Shown here: positions 1-8,195 of the stretch, one piece after another
Layout: each line of letters starts with the position of its first letter
Position numbering within the stretch: position 1 is the first letter of the stretch
From: Polyangiales bacterium
Lineage (GTDB): Bacteria > Myxococcota_A > Polyangia > Polyangiales > Ga0077539
DNA: 64,000 bases
Direction: 5' to 3'
Assembly (NCBI GenBank): GCA_044229975.1
Contig: JBGARZ010000016.1
Coordinates: 96,001-160,000, forward strand
Notes under the pieces: model-generated
Database searches by the model: none
The model's input: the letters and a program-made list of their open reading frames with translations, nothing else
Told to the model about the DNA's origin: nothing
Made by a program: the position numbers and the translations under genes

Positions 1-1033
1 TGTCGCGCACCGCCTCGGCCAGCGCCCGGTGCCGCGCCGACAAGAACCTCCCCGACGACGCCACCACCGCGCCGCCCACCGTGGGCATCACCGGCCGCTC
101 CACCGACGGCGCCTTCACGCGCGCACCGTCCACGCTCAACACCACGCTGGTCACCCGCTGCTCGCGCGACGACACCGCCGGGATGAGCCGCGGCGTCGAC
201 GTGTCCGACGCGCGCAGTCCCTCCAGCGCGTCGAGCAGCGCGGCGGCGTCGGCGGGGCGCTTCGCCGGGTCCTTGGTGAGCATGCGCGCCACCAGCTCCG
301 CCACGTGAACCGGAACCTCCGTCAGCTCGGGCGCGTCTTCGAGCATCACCTTGGCGAGCACCGCCAGCACGCTCGCGCCCGCGAACACCTGCTTCCCCGC
401 GAGGCATCGGTAGAGCACCGCGCCCAGCGAGTACACGTCCGCCCGCGCGTCCACGCGCTCGCCGCGAACCTGCTCCGGTGCCATGTACGCGGGCGTCCCC
501 AACAGAACTCCGGGCGACGAGATGCGGTCGTCGGAGGCCGCGAGCGCGAGGCCGAAGTCCACCACCTTCACCGCGTCGAAGCGCCCATCCACCAGGAAGA
601 GATTCCCCGGCTTCAGGTCGCGATGAACCACCCCCTGCCGGTGCGCCACCGCCAGCGCCTCGCACGCCAGGCGCACCACCGCGAGCGCGTTGCCGACCGT
701 CAACGCACCACGCTGGAGGGCCGCCTCCAGGTCTTCGCCGACGAGCCACTCCATGACGAGGAAGGCCCCGTCCTCCTCGTCGACGCCGTAGTCGAGGTAC
801 TGCACCACGCCGGGGTGACGCAGCGACGCGAGCACGGCGGCCTCGCGGGCGAAGCGGTCCTCGTTGGGGCTGTCGGCGTGCAGGAGCTTGAGCGCCACCA
901 CCCGCCCGCTCTCGACCTCCACGGCCCGGTACACGCTCCCGCCGCCGCCCGACCCCGCGAGGGCGACGACCTCGAAGCGCCCGGCGACGAGCGTTCCGGG
1001 CGCGAGGCTCTGCGTCGACGTGCTCACGTGCAT
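1..1033 (-). CDS. Hanks-type Ser/Thr protein kinase, 3' end beyond window edge (probably a multidomain kinase)
   Basis: Own translation from ATG at 1033: MHVSTSTQSLAPGTLVAGRFEVVALAGSGGGGSVYRA...VALKLL, HRDLKPGNLFL, DFGLA, GTPAYMAPEQ. No stop before base 1. Confidence 0.9.
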   Translation of the reverse strand, partial: MHVSTSTQSLAPGTLVAGRFEVVALAGSGGGGSVYRAVEVESGRVVALKLLHADSPNEDRFAREAAVLASLRHPGVVQYLDYGVDEEDGAFLVMEWLVGEDLEAALQRGALTVGNALAVVRLACEALAVAHRQGVVHRDLKPGNLFLVDGRFDAVKVVDFGLALAASDDRISSPGVLLGTPAYMAPEQVRGERVDARADVYSLGAVLYRCLAGKQVFAGASVLAVLAKVMLEDAPELTEVPVHVAELVARMLTKDPAKRPADAAALLDALEGLRASDTSTPRLIPAVSSREQRVTSVVLSVDGARVKAPSVERPVMPTVGGAVVASSGRFLSARHRALAEAVRD

Positions 1034-1052
1034 CGGTAGGCCCGCGACCAAT

Positions 1053-2414
1053 CTACCCGAGCGCGGCCACGAGCGCGTCGATGTCCTCCTCCGTCGTCGC
1101 GGGATTGGCCACACACGCCCGCAGCGCCGGCCACCGGTCGGCCACCCGTGTGTCCGACACCCACGCCACGCCCTCGCGCCGCAGCCGCGCGGCCTCCTTC
1201 GCGGCCACCACCTTGCCGCGCCGCATCGCCTCGCTCGCGAAGCACACCACCGGCAGCGGCCCCTCTCCGAAGAGCGTCCACCCCTTCGCGCGCAACGCCA
1301 CTCGCAGCCGCTCACCCAGCGCCGCACACCGCTCGATGCGCCGCGCCACGCCGTCCCACCCTTCGGCCGCCAGCAGCGCAAACACCTTCAGCCCGCTCGC
1401 CCGCCGCGACCACTGGAGCGTCGTCGCGTAGGGGTGATCGCCCCCCGGCAGGTACGACACCTCCACCTCGAAGACCGCGCGTGCGAGCGATGCGTGCCGC
1501 GAGAAGAACATCCCCGCACCCTGCGCCGCCCCCAGCCACTTGTGCGCGTCCCAGGTGAGCGAGTCGGCGCGGGCGATGCCGTTGAGACACGGCGCGAGCG
1601 TGGGCGAGAGCAGCGCCCCGGCGCCCCACGCGCCGTCGACGTGCAGCCACAGGTCTTCCTCGGCGGCGAGGGTTGCGAGCGCGGGCAGCGGGTCGATGGC
1701 GCCGGTGCTGGTGGTGCCCGCAGTCGCGACGACCATCAATGGACGACGGCCCTGGGCGCGGTCGTCGGCGATGGCTCGGCGGAGGGCACGCACACTCATG
1801 CGGAGCGAGCGGTCGCACTCGACGACGCGGCACGCGTTGCGACCGAGCCCGGCGACCTGCACCGCTCTCACGACCGACCCGTGGGCCTCGGCCGATCGGT
1901 ACACCACTGGGCTCACGCCGAGCGACGCGACACCGTCGTCGACGCTCTGCGGGAAGGCGCGGGCGAGCGCAAAGAGAACGGCCGTGAGGTTGGCCTCGGC
2001 GCCGCCGGTGGTGAAGGTGGCGTGGGGGGCGTCGGTCCAGCCGATGCGGGCGGCGAGGGCGCGCAGGACGTGGCGTTCGATTTCGACGGCCATGGGGGCG
2101 GCGCCCCACACGGCGAGGGAGGGGTTGTGCAGCGCGACGAGGGCGTCGGCCGCGACGCCGCCCGGGTCGACGCGCGGTTGGAAGAGACCGAAGTGGCGCG
2201 GGTGGGCGGCGTCGATGCCGGTGGTGGAGAGCCAGGTGTGGAGCGCGGCGATCCAGTCGGCGTCGGCGACGGGCGTGCGGAAGTCCCACGCGGCGAGGGC
2301 GGCGCGGGCGACGGTGGGTGGTGGAACGTGGGAGAGGGGGCGGTCTCGGGCGGCGGTGATCCAGGCGTCGGCCTGGTCACGCAGCGCGAGGAGGAGCGGG
2401 AGCAGTTCGCTCAG
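1053..2414 (-). CDS. Group II pyridoxal-phosphate-dependent amino acid decarboxylase
   Basis: TGGAEAN, ATAGTTSTGAIDPL, WLHVDGAWG and DAHKW (PLP lysine) motifs. The frame stays open upstream of the ORF-track start (2111) and encodes HPRHFGLFQP. Start placed at CTG 2414, overlapping the upstream stop (start uncertain). Confidence 0.85.
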   Translation of the reverse strand: MSELLPLLLALRDQADAWITAARDRPLSHVPPPTVARAALAAWDFRTPVADADWIAALHTWLSTTGIDAAHPRHFGLFQPRVDPGGVAADALVALHNPSLAVWGAAPMAVEIERHVLRALAARIGWTDAPHATFTTGGAEANLTAVLFALARAFPQSVDDGVASLGVSPVVYRSAEAHGSVVRAVQVAGLGRNACRVVECDRSLRMSVRALRRAIADDRAQGRRPLMVVATAGTTSTGAIDPLPALATLAAEEDLWLHVDGAWGAGALLSPTLAPCLNGIARADSLTWDAHKWLGAAQGAGMFFSRHASLARAVFEVEVSYLPGGDHPYATTLQWSRRASGLKVFALLAAEGWDGVARRIERCAALGERLRVALRAKGWTLFGEGPLPVVCFASEAMRRGKVVAAKEAARLRREGVAWVSDTRVADRWPALRACVANPATTEEDIDALVAALG

Positions 2415-2794
2415 GCGGACTTGGCCTTGCGGGCCTTGGCGGTGTTGGCGGGCTTCTTCGGGCGGGCGCGGCGCTCGGCGGCCTTGAGGTGATCCCAGAG
2501 GCGGGGGAGGGGGTGGCGCTCCAGGGAGGTCTTGTAGTCGGCGTCCTTGCCATGGCCTTCGGCGGTGGCGATGGCGCCGATGAGCTCCGCGCGGGTCGCG
2601 AAGCGCTTGGACACGTCGGTGAGGATCGTGTGGAGGCGGATGAGCTGACGGTTGGAGAGGCGGGCCCAGCCGTTCTCCTTGTCGGCGAAGCGGTCGGTCC
2701 AGAGGGCCTCGGTGGCGAGGGCCTTCACCTTGTCGACGAGCTCGGTCTTGGAAGCGGCGAGCGAGCGGGCCTTGGCGATGGGAGCGGATGACAT
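2411..2794 (-). CDS. Small basic hypothetical protein with Lys/Ala-rich C-terminal tail
   Basis: ORF 2411..2839; ATG at 2794 is preceded by AAAAAGGA. 127 aa, ends PKKPANTAKARKAKSA. Confidence 0.75.
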   Translation of the reverse strand: MSSAPIAKARSLAASKTELVDKVKALATEALWTDRFADKENGWARLSNRQLIRLHTILTDVSKRFATRAELIGAIATAEGHGKDADYKTSLERHPLPRLWDHLKAAERRARPKKPANTAKARKAKSA

Positions 2795-2957
2795 GATCGT
2801 GGGTGTCCTTTTTGTGCGCGGGGGGTCGCTACTGACCATGCCGCTGAAGGGGCTGTGCGGGTATCACGGGCCGTCGCGGGGGCGCAAGGGGCCCAGCCGC
2901 GCTCCAGCGCCGCAGGTGACAGTCGCCTCCCCCGCGTGGCATCACCCCGCCACCGCC

Positions 2958-4172
2958 ATGAACCTCCTCCCCGCCCGCAACGCTTCGCGCCCCGGTGACG
3001 ACCCGATCTTCGCGCTCAACCGCGAGGCCACGCAGCGCAAGGCGGCGGGCGAGCGTGTCATCAACGCCACCGTCGGCGCCCTGCTCGAAGACGACGGTCG
3101 GCTCGCCGTTCTACCCTCCGTGACCGACGCCATCCGCGAGGTCGCCCCGCTCAAGGCCGCGGGCTACGCGCCCATCGCCGGCGCCCCCGAGTTTCTCAAC
3201 GCCGTCATCCACGACCTCCTCGGCGGAACCTCCCTCGCCGAAAACGCCACCGCCTGCTCCACGCCGGGCGGAACGGGCGCTCTTCGTCATGCCGTCTCGA
3301 CCTTTCTGGAGCGGGGCCAGTCTCTGCTCACCTCCTCGTTCTTCTGGGGCCCCTACGGGACCATCTGCGACGAGCACGAGCGCACGCTGACGACGTTTCC
3401 GATGTTCGCGGCCAACGGTGGCTTCGACATCGACGGCTTCGTGAAGGGCCTCGACGAGACGGCGGCGAAGCAGGGGCGGGTGCTCGTGTTTCTCAACGAC
3501 CCCTGCCACAACCCGACGGGCTACTCGATGACCGCGGCCGAGTGGACGGGCGTCTCCGGCGCGCTCGCGGACGTCGCGAAGCGCGTGCCGACGACGGTGC
3601 TCGCCGACGTGGCGTACCTCGCGTATGCGCGGGACACGCGGTCGTTTCTCAAGCACCTGGAGCCGCTGGCCGAGCGGGCGGCGGTGTTGTTCGCGTGGTC
3701 GGGGAGCAAGGCGTTCACGCAGTACGGGGCGCGCATCGGGGCGCTGGTGGCGTGCACGCACGACGCCGCGCAGCGCGACGCGATGCAGCGGGCGCTCGCG
3801 TGGGCGTGCCGCGGGACGTGGAGCAACTGCAACGCGGCGGGGCAGTACGCGGTGGCGCGGTGCCTGACGGACGCGACGCTCAAGGCGAAGGTCGACGGCG
3901 AGCGCGAGGTGCTGCGGGCGTTGCTGGATGCGCGGGTGACGGCGTTCAACAAGGCGGCGGAGGGGACGGTGCTGCGGTATCCGCGGTACGACGGCGGGTT
4001 CTTCGTGACGGTGTTTTCGGACAACGCGAAGAGCGACGCGGAGAAGCTGAAGGCGCGCGGGGTGTTCGTGGTTCCGTCGGCGGGCGCGCTGCGGGTGGCG
4101 CTGTGCTCGGTGGCCCAGGCGGACGTCGCGACGGTGGTGGGCGCGATCGATGAGGTGTTGCGCGGGGGGTGA
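2958..4172 (+). CDS. Class I/II (aspartate/aromatic) aminotransferase
   Basis: INATVG, TPGGTGAL, DPCHNPTG, DVAY and SGSKAFTQYGARIG (PLP lysine) motifs. Start at ATG 2958 (MNLLPARN). Confidence 0.9.
   Translation: MNLLPARNASRPGDDPIFALNREATQRKAAGERVINATVGALLEDDGRLAVLPSVTDAIREVAPLKAAGYAPIAGAPEFLNAVIHDLLGGTSLAENATACSTPGGTGALRHAVSTFLERGQSLLTSSFFWGPYGTICDEHERTLTTFPMFAANGGFDIDGFVKGLDETAAKQGRVLVFLNDPCHNPTGYSMTAAEWTGVSGALADVAKRVPTTVLADVAYLAYARDTRSFLKHLEPLAERAAVLFAWSGSKAFTQYGARIGALVACTHDAAQRDAMQRALAWACRGTWSNCNAAGQYAVARCLTDATLKAKVDGEREVLRALLDARVTAFNKAAEGTVLRYPRYDGGFFVTVFSDNAKSDAEKLKARGVFVVPSAGALRVALCSVAQADVATVVGAIDEVLRGG
4085..4172 (+). repeat. 88-bp direct repeat, copy 1 (3' end of aminotransferase including stop)
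   Basis: cgcgctgcgggtggcgctgtgctcggtggcccaggcggacgtcgcgacggtggtgggcgcgatcgatgaggtgttgcgcggggggtga; aligns ungapped with 5143-5230, 8 mismatches. Confidence 0.95.
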
Positions 4173-4175
4173 CGG

Positions 4176-5084
4176 TCAGCGCCCGAGGCGCGTGCGGATG
4201 CGGGCCTGGGCGTCTTCGGGCAGCGTCGCGAGGTAGTCCGCCGGGAGCGCGCGAAGGGCCGTGTCGGGCAGCGCGAGCACGCGGTCGGCCTCCGAGAGAC
4301 CGGCGAGGTCATCGGGCGTGATGGCCGCGAGTCGCAGTTCGAGGGGAATGACGGCGAGGAGATCGCGCAGCGCCTGGTCGGCGGCGTCTTTGACGAGGGT
4401 GGCGTCCTTCATGATGGCCTTCCAGCGTGGGTCGGTAGCGAGCTGGGTGATTCCCTGGAGGAGACGGTAGTACAGCTCCCGCTCCCTGTCATCGAGGGCG
4501 CGCGGCTGCGCGGGTGCTTGCAGGCACGCTGGCGACACCGCGTACAGCAGGTGCTCGCCGGGGTTGGGCCACGCCACGCTCGTCTCCACTACGCGCAGCG
4601 CGAAGCCCTGCACGCTCCCAACGTGCACGCCTCGCGCGTCGGTCACCGTGAGCACCGCTCCGAGCGCTTCGAGCTGCGCGCGGAAGCGGGGCGTCAGCGT
4701 CGGGGCCACGACGCGGAACGCGACATCGCCCGGCGAATGCAGACCTTCGAGCGCCATGTACTGGTAGGCATAGGAGAGCAGTTGCAACGCGTCGGCGCGT
4801 TCGAGCGCGTCTGTTGCGCCCTTGAAGTGCACGAGGTTGTGCTCGTGCAGATCGTCGAGCACGCTGCGCAGGTACTCGGCCTGCCAGTCGACGGTCACCC
4901 CGACGCGCCGCACCACCACCGCGTCGATGCGGCGAGGCTCGCGGGTCAGCGCGTACTCCGCTACCACGTGCCAGAGGTCGCGCGGCAGGAGAAGCTCCAA
5001 CAGCAGGATGAGCAGTGGGTGCCACGCCGTTCGAAGGTGAACCGCGTCGCTGAGCGGGTCAGCGGGTGGTGGAGTGGGCTCCAT
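4176..5084 (-). CDS. Rpn-like / PD-(D/E)XK-fold hypothetical protein with C-terminal helical Leu-rich repeats
   Basis: 302-aa ORF: WHPLL...EYALTREPRRIDAVVV...NLVHFKG...QLLSYAYQY resembles the PD-(D/E)XK core; tail LAGLSEADRVLALPDTALRALPADYLATLP. Family assignment is by resemblance only. Confidence 0.6.
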   Translation of the reverse strand: MEPTPPPADPLSDAVHLRTAWHPLLILLLELLLPRDLWHVVAEYALTREPRRIDAVVVRRVGVTVDWQAEYLRSVLDDLHEHNLVHFKGATDALERADALQLLSYAYQYMALEGLHSPGDVAFRVVAPTLTPRFRAQLEALGAVLTVTDARGVHVGSVQGFALRVVETSVAWPNPGEHLLYAVSPACLQAPAQPRALDDRERELYYRLLQGITQLATDPRWKAIMKDATLVKDAADQALRDLLAVIPLELRLAAITPDDLAGLSEADRVLALPDTALRALPADYLATLPEDAQARIRTRLGR

Positions 5085-5142
5085 CGCGCGCCTCTACTCA
5101 CGCCGCGAGCGGACGTGCAAGCTGGGTACGCCAGGGAATGTC

Positions 5143-5230
5143 CGCGCTGCGGGTGACACCGTGCTCGGTGGCCCAGGTGGACGTGGCCACGATGGTGGGC
5201 GCGATCGATGAGGTGTTGCGCGCGGGGTGA
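5143..5230 (+). repeat. 88-bp direct repeat, copy 2 (orphan copy of aminotransferase 3' end)
   Basis: cgcgctgcgggtgacaccgtgctcggtggcccaggtggacgtggccacgatggtgggcgcgatcgatgaggtgttgcgcgcggggtga; about 91% identical to 4085-4172. Confidence 0.95.
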
Positions 5231-5240
5231 GCGGGTCGCT

Positions 5241-7940
5241 TCAGGGGAAGCCGACGACCTGCGTGGGTAGGCAACCGTCGCCGCAGGTCCCGTCTCCCGC
5301 CTGTCCCCGGACGGTGTTGCCCCAGCAGGCGACGGTCGCGTCGGAGAGGACGGCGCAGACATGATCCAGGCCGGCCTGCACGCGCACCGCTGGCCGCGAT
5401 AGCGCGACGGGCTCCGGCATCAACCGACGCACGATGTCACCGGCGCCGAGCTGGCCCGCGTCGTTGCGGCCCCAGCAGTACACCGCTCCGCTTTCGGTGC
5501 GAGCGCAACTGAAGGCGATGCCTACCGCGACCTCGACGACTCCCAACAGGCCCGCCACCACCACCGGGGTGGAGCGGGTCATCGTCGTGTTGTCCCCGAG
5601 CGCACCATCGATGTTCGACCCCCAGCACCGAACCGAACGATCGCCCATCACGGCACACGCGTGGTCATCCGCCGCGTCGAGGTCCAACGCCCCGGAGATC
5701 CCGGATACCGCGCCTGGAATGTTGCGGCTGACGGTCGTGCCGTTGCCGAGCGTTCTGGAGCTGTTGGCCCCCCAGCACAGCACCCTCCCGTCGGCGCCCC
5801 TCGCACAGTTGTAGTCGCGCCCGGACCCCAACTGGGCAGCGTCCGTCAGGCCCATCACCGCCACCGGCTCGGAGGCGTAGGCGGAACTGCCGTTGCCGAC
5901 CTGACCGAGTTCGTTGCCGCCCCAGCACTGCACCGTCCCCGCCGCGAAGCGCGCGCAGACGTTCCTCTGCCCGTGCGTCAACTGAACCGCTCCAGGCACA
6001 CGATCGACCCGTTCGGGCACCGGGCGGATGGACCCCGCAAGCGAGGTGAGAAGGCTGAAGTCGTTGTCGCCCCAGCACCAGATCGACCCGTCTCGGCGGC
6101 GTGCGCAGCTCCGGTCGCCGCCGAGGAAGACCTGGTCGACCTCGTCGATGCCGACGGCCGCCACGGGGGTCGCCCGCGGCACGGTGGTCGCGTCTCCCAG
6201 CTCTCCGAAATGGTTGTCGCCCCAGCAGCGCACTCCGCCGTCGGCGAGGACGGCGCACGTGTGGCGCGCCGAGGCGTCGAGCCCGACGACGTTGCGGAGC
6301 CCGACGACCGCGACCGGCGTGGCGCGTATCGCGTTCGACCCGTCGCCGAGGCGCCCGCTGGCCGAGGTACCCCAGCAACGCAGCGAGCTGTCCCCCAGTC
6401 GCGCGCAGACCGACCTCGCGCCCGAGCTGACGTCGACGACCCCGGCAAGGCCCGGCACCGCCGCGGGCAGCCCGCGCTCGGCAGCAAGACCGTTTCCGAG
6501 CTGGCCGTGGGTGTTGTTTCCCCAGCAGTGGACGGAACCGTCCGCTCGGCGCGCGCAGTTGTGCGCTCCTCCCGCCGTGAGCTGCACGACCCCGGACAGT
6601 CCCTCGACCGGTACGGGTCGGTCGGAAGGCGTGCTGCCGGTCCGCCCAAGTCGGCCGTCGAGGTTGCTGCCCCAGCACCGGACGGTGCCGTCGACCAGTC
6701 GAGCGCAGGTGTGGTCTGACCCAAGCGCGAGCTCGGCCGCAGGGGGGAGACCCACGACCGCAACCGGCGCGTGGCGGAGCGTCCGGGTGCCGTCGCCGAC
6801 CTCCCCGACCGTGTTCGAACCCCAGCACCAGACGGAGCCGTCGGCGCGCCGGGCGCAGGTATGGTCCGAACCCGCGCGGACCTCGACCACCTCCGTGAGC
6901 CCGGCGACCACGGCCACATCGTCGGTATCCCCCGGCACGCCGCGACCGAGCTGGCCCTGACCGTTGCTCCCCCAACACCGGACGGTGCCGTCGACCAGTC
7001 GAGCGCAAGTGTGGTTGTCACCCGCGCTGATGGCCGAGACCCCGGAGAGGCCCGGAACCACCCTCGCAACCCGCGCCGCCGTGGGGCGGTTGCTGCCGAG
7101 TTGATTGTAGTTGTTGCGCCCCCAACAGCGAACCGTGCCATCCGCGACGCGGGCGCAGGTATGGTTGCCGCCAGCGTTGATCTCCACGACCGCCGTGAGC
7201 GAGACCACGGGCACCGGCGTGAGCCGTTCGGTGGCGGCGGTGTTGTCCCCGAGCTGCCCGTCGACGTTGGCGCCCCAGCACCGCGCCGTGCCGCCCCGCA
7301 GGACGGCGCAGGCGTGACTGCCTCCGACCGAGATCTGCTCGACCACGACGGCCGGGCGGCAGCGCCCCAGCTCGCAGATCTGGTCCGCCCCGCACGCACC
7401 GCCGCATGCGGTCGAGTCGGGCTGCGTCGCCGCATCTGTTGGAGGTGGGGGTTGGTCTGAAAGGGGTAGATCCGGCGGCGATGGGGCGTCGGTGGTGGCG
7501 TCCTCCATGGCGTCAGTGCGGAGGACATCGACCGCGGGGACATCGATCGCGGGGACATCGACCGCGGGGACATCGACCGCGGGGACGTCGACCGTGGGGA
7601 CGTCGACCGTGGGGACGTCGACCGTGGGGACGTCGTCTTGCGCGTCGGGGTGATCGCCCATCGGCGTGACTGCGTCGGTCGCGACGAGTCCGCTGTCGGG
7701 GAGCGCGGAGTCGAGGGAAGGCACGAGGATGTCCTCCTCGCTCGGACGTGAATCGCGCTGCTCTTGAGGGGTATCGGGAAGCGCAACCGCGGAATCGATC
7801 GAAGGCGTCGCGTCTTCGTTTGGTCTTTCCTCATCGAGGACGAGGACGTCGTTGGTGGAGGGCGACACCGTCGCAGTCGGAGCGCAACCGCACCAGACGA
7901 CCAGAAGCGCGCACCACCCAAGCCCCGCCCCTCTCACCAT
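5241..7940 (-). CDS. RCC1/BLIP-II repeat lipoprotein with acidic DVP linker
   Basis: Lipobox-like VVWCGC, then about 14 repeats of the HTCA-x5-G-x-V-x-CWG-x-N-x2-GQLG type. Start taken at ATG 7940. Confidence 0.9.
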   Translation of the reverse strand: MVRGAGLGWCALLVVWCGCAPTATVSPSTNDVLVLDEERPNEDATPSIDSAVALPDTPQEQRDSRPSEEDILVPSLDSALPDSGLVATDAVTPMGDHPDAQDDVPTVDVPTVDVPTVDVPAVDVPAVDVPAIDVPAVDVLRTDAMEDATTDAPSPPDLPLSDQPPPPTDAATQPDSTACGGACGADQICELGRCRPAVVVEQISVGGSHACAVLRGGTARCWGANVDGQLGDNTAATERLTPVPVVSLTAVVEINAGGNHTCARVADGTVRCWGRNNYNQLGSNRPTAARVARVVPGLSGVSAISAGDNHTCARLVDGTVRCWGSNGQGQLGRGVPGDTDDVAVVAGLTEVVEVRAGSDHTCARRADGSVWCWGSNTVGEVGDGTRTLRHAPVAVVGLPPAAELALGSDHTCARLVDGTVRCWGSNLDGRLGRTGSTPSDRPVPVEGLSGVVQLTAGGAHNCARRADGSVHCWGNNTHGQLGNGLAAERGLPAAVPGLAGVVDVSSGARSVCARLGDSSLRCWGTSASGRLGDGSNAIRATPVAVVGLRNVVGLDASARHTCAVLADGGVRCWGDNHFGELGDATTVPRATPVAAVGIDEVDQVFLGGDRSCARRRDGSIWCWGDNDFSLLTSLAGSIRPVPERVDRVPGAVQLTHGQRNVCARFAAGTVQCWGGNELGQVGNGSSAYASEPVAVMGLTDAAQLGSGRDYNCARGADGRVLCWGANSSRTLGNGTTVSRNIPGAVSGISGALDLDAADDHACAVMGDRSVRCWGSNIDGALGDNTTMTRSTPVVVAGLLGVVEVAVGIAFSCARTESGAVYCWGRNDAGQLGAGDIVRRLMPEPVALSRPAVRVQAGLDHVCAVLSDATVACWGNTVRGQAGDGTCGDGCLPTQVVGFP
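7523..7635. repeat. 15-bp tandem repeat, about 7.5 copies, encoding (VDVPT/A)n
   Basis: Unit ggac(a/g)tcgaccg(c/t)gg repeated from 7523. Confidence 0.95.
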
Positions 7941-8017
7941 GGGAACCGGAGTACCACGTTGAAAGGATCGCGGACAGACGACCACCTCGTCTCTCGCTCA
8001 CTCCTCCGCGGTCACCT

Positions 8018-8188
8018 TCTTCCGGCACGGCGGCGTTGGGACATTGCTCCGGAAGAGCGCCCGCCTACGCCCGCGGTGGACGTCCTTACCCGGAGGGACG
8101 CGACCGCCCACGCCCGCGGTCGTCGTCGTCCGTATCGCGGAACGCCGGAAGCTCCCTCCGGAATCGAGAACCGCGGGCGTGGGCGCTC
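8018..8188. repeat. Intergenic cluster of nested inverted repeats
   Basis: Perfect 16-bp IR cgcccacgcccgcggt (8105-8120) / accgcgggcgtgggcg (8170-8185). Variant direct copy at 8062-8077. ccggaggga (8090-8098) / tccctccgg (8153-8161). tcttccgg (8018-8025) / ccggaaga (8049-8056). Confidence 0.85.
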
Positions 8189-8195
8189 GCTCCGA

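Noticed and set aside
1053..4172. Decarboxylase plus aminotransferase as a secondary-metabolite or siderophore cluster
   Set aside because: No NRPS, NIS synthetase, monooxygenase or transporter nearby, and the two genes are divergently oriented.
4085..5230. 88-bp repeat pair as a DGR template/variable repeat
   Set aside because: Mismatches are not confined to adenines of one copy (only 3 of 8 involve A), there is no reverse transcriptase in the window, and the target is an ordinary aminotransferase.
7523..7635. Short tandem repeats (also 9119-9181, 10510-10690, 33464-33513) as CRISPR arrays
   Set aside because: No unique spacers between units, most are in-frame coding repeats, and no cas genes are present.
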